Assembly (NCBI GenBank): GCA_951406725.2
Contig: OX597825.1
Span: 6,882,001-6,946,000, forward strand
Source: Octopus vulgaris
Lineage: Eukaryota
Reading direction: 5' to 3'
Length of the DNA: 64,000 nt
Both the position numbers and the translations under genes were made by a program. The notes beneath the pieces were generated by a model. That model worked only from the letters and a program-made list of their open reading frames with translations. It had not been told where the DNA came from and did not search any database. Shown here one piece after another: positions 28,707 to 41,729 of this stretch (position 1 is the first letter of the stretch; each line of letters opens with the position of its first letter).

Positions 28707-29124
28707 TGTGTGAGGGATGTGTATGTATACCTATCATTTGATAGGTAATTTTGGGAGTATACTTTAGCCATCATGAGCAATATCAAAATATGCTTTTATA
28801 TCTAATAACCGTCCAACCCATGCCAGCATGGAAAGTGGATGTTAAATGATGATGATGATGATGCTGAATTAGAACTTAACTTCTACCTAATTTCTTGGTG
28901 CTTAAACACGATGATGAAATGAATGCTAATTGCTAAAAGAAAAATATTTACCTTGAAAAAATATATACATTTGTGCTTGCATATATGTCATGTGTGTATG
29001 TATATCTGTGTCAATGTATGTGAGCAAATGTATGTGAATGTGTATTTGTTTTGGATGGATGAATGTTTATATATTTGAATGTGTTTATAATTACACACAC
29101 ACACATCCACATGCACACGCACAC

Positions 29125-29174
<50 letters not shown>

Positions 29175-29733
29175 CTGTGTCTGTATTTACTCTCACTTTA
29201 ATACGAACATATTTCTCTGTTTACATTTGATACAGACATATTTTTACTTTATGTTTGTTTGTCTCAATAAAACTGTTTCATAAAGATGAATATAAAACAT
29301 TGTTTTCGACTTTGATCAGTGTAAATACCTTTTCAGTTGACGATTCTAATCTTTATTTCACCATTTTCATTGTTTTTCAAATATCTTTTCAGATATGATA
29401 AGATTTAATTTTTTCCATTATGTGTTTATAATTGACTGCATCCCCTCTTCTCCTTTCTATCTCTCTACTGATCACCTTCTCTGCTACGCTTGCTTTTTCT
29501 CCTCTACCCATGACCTTCTCCCCTTTTATTGTACCATGAATTTTACTCTTTACTACACTGTTCAGTACTGTTGTGACTGACGAGAGTGAGAGATGTATGG
29601 TAGGAGAAGAGAGATAATTTGTTGTCTCAGGAGGATGATCAATATAAAATGTGGGTGGAGAGGACAGTATTAAGACTGAAAGTTGGGATATCAAGCAGAA
29701 TGGTTCTTAAAACATTAAAGACAAAACATTAAA

Positions 29734-29904
29734 GGTGCAGGAGTGGCTGTGTGGTAAGTAGCTTGTTTACCAACCACACGGTTCCGGGTTCAGTCCCACT
29801 GCATGGCACCTTGGGCAAGTGTCTTCTACTATAGCCTCGGGCCGACCAAAGCCTTGTGAGTGGATTTGGTAGACGGAAACTGAAAGAAGTCCATCGTATA
29901 TATG

Positions 29905-29935
<31 letters not shown>

Positions 29936-30158
29936 TTGTGTGTCTGTGTTTGTCCCCCTAGCATTGCTTGACAACCGATGCTGGTGTGTTTATGTCCCCG
30001 TTACTTAGCGGTTCGGCAAAAGAGACCGATAGAATAAGTACTGGACTTACAAAAGAATAAGTCCCGGGGTCGAGTTGCTCGATTAAAGGCGATGCTCCAG
30101 CATGGTCGCAGTCATATGACTGAAACAAGTAAAAGAGTAAAAGAGTAAAAGAGAGTAA
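29734..30158 (+). mobile_element. SINE family B, full length
   Basis: Head ggtgcaggagtggctgtgtggtaag, internal (TA)n(TG)n, tail gactgaaacaagt(aaaagagt)n; also at 38578-38980(-), 57887-58284, 8710-9110. Confidence 0.92.
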
Positions 30159-30787
30159 ATGGTGTGTGTGTGTCTTTTACACAGAGGCTGCACACCTTAG
30201 AGGCCTGACTAGGGTGTCAGAGTAAGTCTCTCCTCCATCCCCATAACTGAAAAAGCAAGGAGCCAGACTAAATACTGCAAGGAAACAGTTTTACTAATCC
30301 ACTTGTCTGGTTCTGTATTTTACATTTTGCATGTCTTAGAAAACTAAGCCTATTGCTATTTGACACTTCTGAAATATAGTTTGCCCTTTGTCCATTGTGT
30401 ATATGGATAGTCACGTCAGGGTATCTTGATTTATAGCTTCAGCATTTCCTCTCAAAACAAACTAAGATATCTCTTTCCATTGGTGAACTGAATTCATTAT
30501 GAGATCATAATTAGACTATGTTTTAATTAATGATGGCTTCATTAATTATCAATTGCCATGAGTTATAAATGAGGAGATTTGTATAACTGAGACGTGAATT
30601 TATATCTGCTTGTTTAATATATTGGTTATCACTTTGTCATTAGAGTTTACTAAATATTAACTTCTCGAAACACCAGGCATTTCTACACGAAATAATGGAT
30701 TTCCAGAGAAAATATCATTACACTGCTCTGATTATAAATTTTACTGATTTTACTAATAGAGGTATGTTATTTAACGATGCTTTTAAT

Positions 30788-31016
30788 CGGTGATTCTCAA
30801 CTGGGGTCCATATGACTCTAGGGGTCATAATTTTATCTAGTTTTAACTCATGAGCTGTGGCCATGCTGGGGCACCAATTTTTAAATATAATTTCTTATAA
30901 TATTTAATTATAAAAATATAATAGGGTTTTTAAAACATTAAATGGCTATGGCGGTCCACCTGAGTAAAATAGGAATGAAATGGGGTCCATAAGTAAAGAA
31001 TGGTTGAGAATCACTG
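30788..31016. mobile_element. hAT-like MITE
   Basis: TIR cggtgattctcaac / gttgagaatcactg; subterminal ggggtccat motifs; no intact 8 bp TSD seen. Confidence 0.65.
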
Positions 31017-31819
31017 CGTTGTGGGTTTTGATCTTAAAGCTTAGTCTGAAAAACTTTCTTGGTAGTCTGAACTTCCTCTGTTATTTCAGAAAGACATATT
31101 TTTATTTGTTAGTTTTTCTACCTTTGCTGTACTGTTACTACACATACCAAGATATTGTACTTATTGTTTACTACATATCAATAGTGGCATCAGTAAAATT
31201 TTGATTTTCAATAGAATCTAGGCACATCAGCATGTAGGATGCCAGAAATGGCTAGGTACAATAGCATGTATTTCATAGTGAGGTAAATAACAATGAAGGT
31301 ACTAAGTGTTGGTAGGATACTATAGATATGTAAGTACTAAATCCTGTTTAAACCATAGAGCTCATTCTGAAGTTAGTTCCAGGTGTGGAAACTTAGTAAA
31401 TCCCAGATTAACAAACTCCTATTTAATAGAGTTTAGATTTAACAGACCAAATATAGTCACAGTGTGTAAAAGAGAAGTAAACATTACAAATTCTTTATGA
31501 TAATCTAATAATTTTGTATTGTATACTTGTCTGCATATTGTATTCAGAACTTTTGATAATAAAAATGGCAAAGATATCCATTAAGGTGAATTATGATTTA
31601 ACAGATGGTTAGCATTAACTGATACATTTTACTCTTTCATAGTTCCTTAAATTGAGAGTTCCCTTCATGTGTGTGTGCATATGCATGCACACACACACAC
31701 ACACACACAGGGTTACGCATAGAAATTCCCACAAACAATGGCCAAAAGCACAGATGCAATATTACACACACACACACACTTTCAGAGGTACATACACATC
31801 CATGCAAAGACAGGCACAT

Positions 31820-31996
31820 AGAAAAGGATCCGTTAATCACGATTTTATTCAACTTATTCCCCTCCCAGATTCATACATTTATTGTAGCAGTCCTTCAGTT
31901 TTTGTAAGCCCTGTAAAAGAACTCAGAAGGTTGGGCATCCAATCAAGCCTTTCGTGATAGCCTTAGAGCCAGGAACTTCTCAGCAATCCCCTCGTA
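31820..31996 (+). mobile_element. Right part of mariner-like MITE (same family as 14270-14415)
   Basis: Terminus gagccaggaacttctcagcaatcccctcgta. Confidence 0.7.
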
Positions 31997-32558
31997 TACA
32001 TCCACACAACCAACCAGAGAAAAATGCATACGATTCTATGCACATTTACCTTCCCACCCATGCATATTGATCACAAAAATCGCTGTCAATATGTTAAATA
32101 TTATACAGGAAGTATAACGTACACATGCATATATCTACATATCCACACACACATATTGATATTCAGCAAACTATAAATATGATGAGAGAGATTATAAAAT
32201 TTCCTTCTTCCTGCTCACAAAAAAAAAAAATTGAAATAAGCCAGTGAAAGCCCTCAAGGATTCCTTTCATTGAGGAACGGAGCTTCGGGCTAAAATGCAT
32301 CAGATTTTAAGGTTAAAAAAATATGAATAACCTTTAGTTTGTTTAATATCATTCTCAGTTTCTTTTTTCTTTAAGCAAATATGTTGCATGTGTGTGTGTG
32401 TGTGTGTGTGAACGTGCACGTACTTGCATATATAGGCAAGTACGTGTGCATGTACATGCATACAGGTATGTGAATGAACATGTATGGGTGGATGCATGTG
32501 AAGCTAGGATTTCAGCAAATACTGCATGGAAAAGTTTATCAATATTTCTGTGGTTCTT

Positions 32559-32862
32559 GTTATTATTGTTGTTGTTGCTGATGTTATTGTTGCTGTTATT
32601 GTTGTTGTTGTTGTTATTGTTATTATGGTTGCTGTTGTTGTTGTTGTTATAGTTGCTGCTGTTGTTGCTGTTTTTGTTGTTGTTGTTGTTGTTGTTGCTA
32701 TTGTTATTATGGTTGCTGTTGTTGTTTTTGTTGTTGTTGTTGTTGCTATTGTTGTTGTTACTGTTGTTGTTATTGTTATTATGGTTTCTGTTGTTGATGT
32801 TGTTGTTGCTATTGTTGTTGTTGTTGTTGCTGTTTTTATTGTTGTTGCTGTTATTGTTGTTG
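32559..32862. repeat. Degenerate (GTT)n microsatellite
   Basis: Directly visible; source of the poly-V and poly-L ORFs. Confidence 0.95.
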
Positions 32863-34588
32863 TTCCATGTTTAACTCAAGCTAAAAGCCAAACGAAGAGC
32901 ATTCCTGTCATCACCAACTCGTTGAAACAGTTTAAACCCTGCAACGTAACAAGCACAGGTTACTGGTTGCCATGCTCTGAGAACTGGTCCTCTCCATATC
33001 ATGCGATGTTGTGAAGCAGAGAGCCAAGTGGTGTGGACAGATTCAAGTGGCTTTGAAAGCCAATGTAATTTCATGAAAGAGGAAGGAGAAACACAATGCA
33101 GAATAAGTGCTCTAGACAGACCATAGTACTCTTAACATAGTTCTCAGGGAGATTCAGTGTGACACAGTGTGTGAAAAGGCTGGCCCTTTGAAATACAGAT
33201 ACAATGATCTAAACCAATGATTTACAGTTGCTTGTGACCAAGAGAATTAGAGTGGATTAACTCTAAATAGGATTAAGCATTTTGGTCATCAGGTTAGATT
33301 CGTAGGCACAGGTGTGGCCGTGTGGTTAAGAAGCTTGCTTTCCAACCATGTGGTCTTGGGTTCAGTTCTACTATGTGGCACCATGGTCAAGTGTCTTTTG
33401 CTATAGTGCTAGGCTGGCCAAAAAGCCTTGTGAGTGGTAGATGGAAACTGAAAGAAGCTTGTCATGATGATGATGATGATGATGATGATGATGTGTGTGT
33501 GTGTGTGAGATCATCATCATCATCATCAAGATCCGTTTCCCATACTGGCATGAATTGGACAGTTTGTCCAGAGCTGCACCAGGGCTGCACCAGGCTCCAT
33601 TGACTGTTTTGGCATGGTTTCTATGGCTGGACGCCCTTCCTAATGCCAACCACTCCAAGAGTGTAGTGGGTGCTTTTTACGTGCCACCGGCACAGGGGCC
33701 AGAGGAGCTGGCATCGACCATGTGTGTGTATATGTAGTGTGTTTGTGTTTATCCATGTCTTGATGTGGCTGGTTTGAATGAGCATCTCCATTAGAGTAGA
33801 GTCCTAAATGAAATGCATCTGTGACCATGGGAAAATATTACTTGCTTGGAAATAGGTAAGAATCAGCAATAATAAGAGCGTCAGGTCATAGAAAATCTGT
33901 CTCAGAATATTCCATCTGACCCATGCAAGCATAGAAAAGTAGCTGTGAACCAATGAGGAAGATGATGATGATGATTTTTTTTGGCTTTTCTCCTTATCAA
34001 AGCATTTTGTGCCATATTCAAAGTTCAATATTTTCTTGCAAGTAAATAAATATAAATGGGATATTTCAATGCAGAGAAACCTAATCAATAATCAATAATC
34101 AATTATTGATCAGCTGTATATCCCGTATTTGCTGGAATTGGTGTAAGACACAGAGGCAAGAAACTGTAGCAAAAGGGGTGAAGTTGGGGTGGAACATGCA
34201 TTCAGCACCTTCCATGAGCTATGCCTTCTCCTCCACTCAAGTCTTATGGAACCCACAACACACTGACATTAAGTGATCGAGTAAATGTGGTTTTGTGTGT
34301 CGGTTTGGGTAACTCTTGATAGAAAATGTATCTACATTGCATTGCATAAACAGCAGAAATATCCATCATTATGGTCAAAGTATATTATTGAGGATAAGAA
34401 ATATATGGAAATCAATCTTGTTTTAGAATGGTTGTATACTGTCAATTTAACGTGACAGTAGGGGATTACACCACTGCTGTTTAGCCCTAGGAAAAATCGA
34501 TGCCTCCTGATGGCTTTGACACATTTTTTCCTGTGTCCTTATATATTTACGAAGGGGAGACAAATACCCCCAGCAGCCAGGCCTGCAT

Positions 34589-34634
34589 CTAGAGACACGC
34601 ATGTTTCAGGATCTTTGTCCATCATCGGTCTAGA
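34589..34634 (-). ncRNA. Type I hammerhead-like motif inside a 150 bp hairpin element (34539-34688)
   Basis: Minus strand tctaga CCGATGA t gga caaaga tcc t GAAA catgcgtg TC tctaga; one core substitution (U4C). Confidence 0.55.
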
Positions 34635-34884
34635 GTAGTAGAAGCCTGCCAGCCGCAGATATCTGTCCCGACTTCGTAAATATATATATCTAATTTTCAG
34701 TGAAGTTTATTCACTGATTACCAAAATCAGAAATTTTAAATTTCTAAATATCTCATAGATTCCCGGTTACATTTTAGATATTTTCTCTCTTCATACCAGC
34801 TTGCCATATCTGAATTTCTTTTTTTCTTGTTTTTATAGCAATCAACCCATGCTAGCATGGAAAACAGACATTAATTGGTCATGG

Positions 34885-34917
<33 letters not shown>

Positions 34918-35603
34918 GAAGGTCACTAGTTTCCACAAATTCTAGTGACTTCTTTCCATTATGTAACTGTTGTACCATTTTCTCTTTAGTTCTTCTCTGA
35001 TTAATGAGCGTCCTGTTACTTGTTTAAAGAACAAATGGAGAGCTTGGTCGGCATACAACAGCCAATGACCTGAAATCACTCTGAAGGCATTTGACAGCCC
35101 AGCAATCAACTTAAACCCAAAGATCTCTTAATGTAATTGATTCCTCTGATCCCAGTTTTTATCTGATGTCAGTTATTTGTTTGCACGAATCAGAAAAATG
35201 AGAGAATACATAATATGTAAATAAATACATAGGTGGAGGAGTGGCTGTGTGATAAGTAGCTTGCTTACCAACCATATGGTTCGAGGTTCAGTCCCACTGT
35301 GTGGCACCTTGGGCAAGCGTCTTCTACTATAGCCTCGGATTGACCAAAGCCTTGTGAGTGGATTTGGTAGATGGGCACTGAAAGAAGCCCATCATATATA
35401 TATATATATATATATAATTATGTGAAATAGAAAGATGAATAATCTTGTAGTAGATTAATCAAAAGTTTAACCGATACCTTAGTAGCAAAAATCGGATTCA
35501 ATCGGATTTTGGTAATTTGTGCCTTTCGAAACACGTGTAGAATGAAATAAACGATTTCTGTTCAATCTGCGTTCAGCTCCATTTCTTCAATTCACCAATA
35601 AAG

Positions 35604-35645
<42 letters not shown>

Positions 35646-35679
35646 GAGATAATGGTGTCATTGAGACCCAAAGGTATCA

Positions 35680-35975
35680 GGTAATGCAGAATAAGTGCTC
35701 TAGACAGACCTTAGTACCCTTAACATAGTTCTTGGGGAGATTCAGCATGACACATAGTGTCCCTCTGAAATACAGGTACAACAGAAATAGGAAGAAAGAG
35801 AGAGAGAAAGTTGTGATGAAAGAGTACAGCAGGGTTCGCCACCACCCGCTGTCAGAGCCTCGTGGAACTTTAGGTGTTTTCACATAAACATGCACAACGC
35901 CTAGTCTGGGAATTGAAACTGCGATCCTACGACAGCGAGTTCGCTGCCCTAACCATTGGGCCATTACACCTCCAC
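35680..35975 (-). mobile_element. Chimeric SINE: family E head with family A2-like tail
   Basis: 35795-35975 matches the family E head/body; 35680-35780 matches the A2 tail (ctgaatctccccaagaactatgttaagggtac) and 33100-33205. Confidence 0.75.
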
Positions 35976-35976
35976 G

Positions 35977-36091
<115 letters not shown>

Positions 36092-36138
36092 GTGTGTATG
36101 TGTGTGTATGTGTATGTATATATATATATATATGTATA

Positions 36139-36172
<34 letters not shown>

Positions 36173-37489
36173 CACCAGGTTGAAATTAAAAATGTGGTCA
36201 TTATGCTCAAATAAACCCTTGAAGGTGCTGCTCTAGTATGGTCGGTATCTGAAGCCAGTAAAAGAATATATTATATGTATGAATTTGCAAAACAAGATTT
36301 AATCACCAGAGAGCCAAAGGTTATTTCTTGCTAAAATACGCACAATGCTGGCCATAATGAGCTGACAAGTATCTTAGAATCTAGCAGCAGTTCTTTTATT
36401 ATTGATTCAATCAGAAACTACATCGAAGTTTACTTTCAACCAGAAAACAAGACATATGTAGTTCGGTATTAAACAAGTGTGAAAATTTTTAGACTGTAAG
36501 GTCAAATATCTCATAGAAAATATTTTTTTTTAATGAAAAAAAATTGACTATTTTGGTTGTCTGGTGTAATGCAGAGAACAGCTGGCGCCAAAACCATAGC
36601 CTTTGGATGTGGAAATATCCGGTTTATGTTGTTCATTTGGCAAGGAACTTATAAACAACAGGTGATACAATAAATGGGGGTGAAGACGGGGGAGGATGGA
36701 GAACATACATACGCATACATATCTTTACACACAATTACACACATATACTTGTGTGTATGTATATATATATGTATAGGTAAGCGTATCTATCTATCTATAT
36801 ATATGTGGTTATACATATATGCATATACGCATACTTCGGAACACACAAAATGTGCAAATAATAACCTGTTATGTAAAATTGGACGCTGTAATGCTGAAGT
36901 CAGCCAAAGGCTGAATTATTTCTAAGCAGCAGCTGCCAGCCAGGTAAAAAAAAAAAAATAACAAAAACAAAAAATAACTGCACACATTTTAATTCGATGT
37001 TTATTCTAATACTGTTCTATTTTTTTTTTTATTTTTCTTATGTATTTTGTTATTGTTGTTGCCCTTAATTTTATTTATTTATTTTTTTGTATTTTGTTAG
37101 AAAATGTTCTCTGCAACTGTAATTCGTAAAAGTATTTTAAAGAAATACATTTGAAAGAAGGTTCTTTAAGATGACAAAATTTTTGTTACCGAAATAGTAT
37201 TTTGCATTTGAAATGATTATTGGTCTTGTCTGCTTCCCCACCGACATACTCACCTACACAAATACCTACCAATCTGTGTGTGTGTGTGTGTGTGTATATG
37301 TATATGTGTATGTGTGTATTTGTATATGTATGTGTGTGGATGTATGTGTGTGTTTGTGTATGTGTGTGTTTGTGTATGTACGTGCATGTACATGCTTGTG
37401 TGTGTGTTTATTTGTGTGTATAGACATAAACACACACACATACAATCATATACACTTGCATAAATATCTATCTATCTCTCTATATATAT

Positions 37490-37530
<41 letters not shown>

Positions 37531-38119
37531 TATATACATATATATATAATATATATATACACACATGTAATATATATACATACATACATACATACATATA
37601 TAGTGCCACAACAGAAAAATCACGGTTGAGGTTATGACCATGGTTACATACATATATATATATATATATATTCCATTCAACCCATGCTAGCATGGGAAAC
37701 GGATGTTAAGTGGTGATGATGATGATGATGATAATGATGATGATGATGATGATATATGATGTTACAGGTACCACACAAACATCACTGAGTACATTCTTTG
37801 GGGTGGTGGGTGTTAGGAAAAGCATTCAGCCATAGAAACAGACAATGGAGCCTGGTGCAACCCCTAGCCTTACGAGCTCTGGCCAAATCATCCATTCCAT
37901 GCCACCAGGGAAAATTGATGATGATGATGATGATGATATGTGTGTGTGTGTGTGTGTGTATTTGTGTGTGTGATCATCATTTAGCATCCACTTTCCCATG
38001 CTTATTTATGAGTCAGATAGAATTTATTGAGGTAAATTTTCTATAACAAGGTGCTCTTCCTGTCAATAACCCTCACCTGTATCCAAGCAATGTAATTTTC
38101 CTATATATGTGTGTGTATG

Positions 38120-38153
<34 letters not shown>

Positions 38154-38243
38154 TGTATATACACATATATATATATACATACATATAGATACATATATAT
38201 ATACATATACATATATATACATGCATATATACATATACATATA

Positions 38244-38295
<52 letters not shown>

Positions 38296-38308
38296 TATAT
38301 TTACACAA

Positions 38309-38344
<36 letters not shown>

Positions 38345-38577
38345 GCTTGAAATACGAGACTAGAAAAACAGCCAGCAACTGATGAAGGGTCGTTCTTTAT
38401 GTTGTTTGTTTTGTTTCCATTTGTGTCTGTCATTGTTTGAAACAATAGTTCATGTTCCATGTACTCATACTTTGTATTTTTTGTTGTACACGTTTTGTGA
38501 CGTCCTGTGCCCACATATACATATATATATGTATAGATGTATGTACATATACATATGTTTATATGCATAAATATATT

Positions 38578-38980
38578 ACTCTCTTTTACTCTTTTACTTG
38601 TTTCAGTCATTTGACTGTGGCCATGCTGCAGCACCGCCTGTAGTCGAGCAAATCGACCCCAGGACTTATTCTTGTAAGCCCAGTACTTATTCTATCAGTC
38701 TCTTTTGCTGAACCGCTAAGTTATGGGGACGTAAACACACCAGCATCGGTTGTCAAGCGATGTTGGGGGGACAAACACAGACACACAAACAAATACACAC
38801 ATGTAATACATATATACGACGGGCTTCTTTCAGTTTCCGTCTACCTAATCCACTCACAAGGCTTTGGTCGGCCCGAGGCTATAGTAGAAGACACTTGCCC
38901 AAGGTGTCACACAGTGGGACTGAACCCGGAACCATGTAGTTTGTAAGCAAGCTACTTACCTCACAGCCACTCCTACGCCT
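38578..38980 (-). mobile_element. SINE family B, full length
   Basis: Reverse complement aligns to 29734-30158. Confidence 0.92.
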
Positions 38981-39010
38981 ATTATTTATATTACATATAT
39001 ATATATATAT

Positions 39011-39073
<63 letters not shown>

Positions 39074-39128
39074 TGTGTGGATTATGATCTAGTCATCCAC
39101 ATATATTCCGATCATTAGTGTTCCTTAT

Positions 39129-39175
39129 CATCAGATTCATATTTTGGTTGTTAAAATTCTACATCATCAGTGATG
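39129..39175 (-). ncRNA. Decayed hammerhead motif downstream of the Penelope ORF
   Basis: catca CTGATGA tgtagaattttaacaacc AAAA tatgaa TC tgatg; stem I catca/tgatg intact, stem II and G12 decayed. Confidence 0.5.
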
Positions 39176-39576
39176 TGATTATTTTGTTTGCATTGATGGA
39201 GTGTGTGTTAATGTAATCTTGTCTAACAATATTTGTATAGCTTCCATAAGGAATTGCCGATCTCTTTGGGGAATTCCTTAAAGTGTGGATGTATTATCTG
39301 TTAATATTTTTCAATAAAATATTGTTTGAAGTTGAGTGGTGTAGTGTGTCAGTCGCAACTGCCTCTTGTAAATGCATGGTGACTCTATGGGAGAGTATTG
39401 TACTTGTCTGGCCAATACATCAGTTAGATCCATGATGAGGGTAACTTCTACTTTTACAGTAAAATCCATAAATTACATTTACCATTCTAAGCATATTTTT
39501 TGGTTCACAAGCTTGTATTGTGTTATTAATAAGAATCATGTTTGGGGATTCTCAGTGTGTTGCTAATAAGGATCAT

Positions 39577-39719
39577 ATTCATCATTTACATTAGACAGAT
39601 ATTTGTCCTCATCTTGTTTGTTGTTAACACAACATTTCGGCTGATATGCCCTCCAGCCTTCATCAGGTGTCTAAGGGGAAATTTCTAACCTGGGTTCTCA
39701 TTCCTAAGGTATTTTTCGA

Positions 39720-39778
<59 letters not shown>

Positions 39779-39927
39779 TCACTTCCTGGAATCTCAGGGT
39801 TAGTAGCCTGTGCTCTTAACCACTACACCCTTATGCGCATGTTGTGTTAACAACAAACAAGATGAGGACAAATATCCGTCAAATGTAAATAGTGTATATA
39901 ATTCCTCATCTCTTGAATATAGAACTG
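39577..39927. mobile_element. Family H element with 9 bp TSD nested in the Penelope remnant
   Basis: TSD aaggatcat at 39568-39576 and 39928-39936; minus-strand HHR at 39626-39671 with intact CTGATGA/GAAA core. Confidence 0.85.
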
Positions 39928-40113
39928 AAGGATCATTGTTTTGGGAATTTATGGTTGTTATCAGTTTAGAGTTTGGTATGATTTATTTTGTTATCTATTT
40001 TGGGAGATTTTGTTATCAAGTGTTTTTTTCTATTCTGTGTCTGACATACATTTGATTCCAATAGTAAACTCACTTTGTGTGATATATGCTTGTACTTAGA
40101 ATATCGTCTAATA

Positions 40114-40348
40114 TTTATTTCTTTATTGCCCACAGGGGGCTAAACATAGAGGGGACAAACAAGGACAGACAAAGGGATTAAGTCGATTACATCGACCCCA
40201 GTGCATAACTGGTACTTATTTAATCAACCCTGAAAAGATGAAAAGAAAAGTCGACCTTCGTAGATCTTGAACTCAGAACACGAAGACAGACAAAATACTG
40301 TTAAGCATTTCACCCAGCCTGCTAACAATTCTGCCAGGTCACTGCCTT
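40114..40348 (-). mobile_element. SINE family C with TSD
   Basis: Flanking gaatat(c/t)gtctaatat; a second decayed copy follows at 40435-40623. Confidence 0.82.
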
Positions 40349-41729
40349 TGAATATTGTCTAATATATTTATTACATAGTATTTCTCACTGAATTCATCAG
40401 TAGTTAGGTCTACTAGTCTCTTTGAATATTGATATCGAATTTTGGGACAGGGCCAGTAATTTCAAGGAAGGGGTCAAGTCTATTATAACGACCCTAGTCC
40501 TCATTGGCCCCAAAAGGATGAATAGTAAAGTCGACCTTGGTGGAATTTGAACTAAGAATGCAGCAACAGACGAAATGCCGCAAAGCAGTTTGCCCAACTA
40601 ATGATTCTGCTGGTTTACCACCTCAGTCTCTTTGGATATTAGTTGTTTGTTCAGTGTTTGCTTTATTCTGTGGATTCCTTGTCTTCAATGTGTTACTAAG
40701 GAATCATTTCATCCCTGACCTTTTCTACTTATATGGGTGTTTGTTAGTTATCTCCATGTAGCTATATGCATTTGTCAGCGTGTTTTCGGTAAACTGATAT
40801 CATACGTCTATTGTTTGTAATCTGAATGTTTATGTCTACAAATGAAGTTGGATTAACATTGTTTTGAATGCTAAATTTTTGGTGCTGAATCATTCTCTAG
40901 ATCATCCTTCAATTTCCTGACACCTGACATGTCAGTTACAGTTAGCATATCGTTTACATATCCAGAGAATGCGTTTTTGTTGAGGTATTATTTTGCTTTC
41001 TATTGTTGCTTGGTAGAATGTGGCAAATGTGTGTCCCTGGGGTGAGGACTCATAGGTATTCCATCCTTCTGTTCATACAACTTGCCGTAATGCCAACAGT
41101 TCTAATTGTTACATTGCTTAGACAAACACAGCCCTCACTTATTGGCTCACCATTTATTACAAGAAATTTCACCATGCTGCATGCCATAAAACATTTCATG
41201 CTGGACTGGCTCCTGTGCAGGTACCACATAAAAAACACCTTTTGAGCATATTCGTTGCCAGAACCACCTGACTGGCCCCTTGTGCCAGTGGCACATAAAA
41301 GCATTCACTAAACTCTGAGAGTGGTTGGCATTAGGAGGGGCATTCAGCTGTTGAAACTCTGCCAGATCAGATTGAGCCTGGTACAGCCTTCTGGCTCACC
41401 AGTCCTCAGTCAAACCGTCCAACCCATGCTAGCATGGAAAGCGGACATTAAACGATGACGGCAACGATGATATATATATATATGTGTGTGTGTAGATATA
41501 CATAATACAGAGAGAGTGAGAGAGAAGAGAGACTTAATGAAGGGTGACAGGCCCTGAGTGATGAGGACAATGTGGTCAGCATAGGCTGAGGTGGAGAAAT
41601 GAGAGATGTAGGGCTACAAGCGATATAGATACGGGTGAAAGAGGAGAAAAATGAGCAACAGGCAGCCTGGAGCAGTGTGAAAAATGCAAATCTAGGCATG
41701 GCAGGTTATGAAATCTGCGAGGTATTTCG

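Larger units (their letters stand above)
39129..41110 (-). mobile_element. Decayed Penelope-like retroelement (RT + GIY-YIG endonuclease + 3' hammerhead)
   Basis: Manual translation with frameshifts: GKLYEQKDGIPMS...TFATFY...GYVNDM (YxDD site ~40949-40960)...FVDINI...ISVYRK; then NVIYGFYC...CIGQTSTILSHRVTMHLQE (GIY-YIG, ~39365-39480); interrupted by three SINE-type insertions. Confidence 0.8.

Noticed and set aside
35520-35545. gaaacacgtgtag, 3' half of a hammerhead
   Set aside because: No 5' core nearby; mentioned only as a weak entry in the census finding
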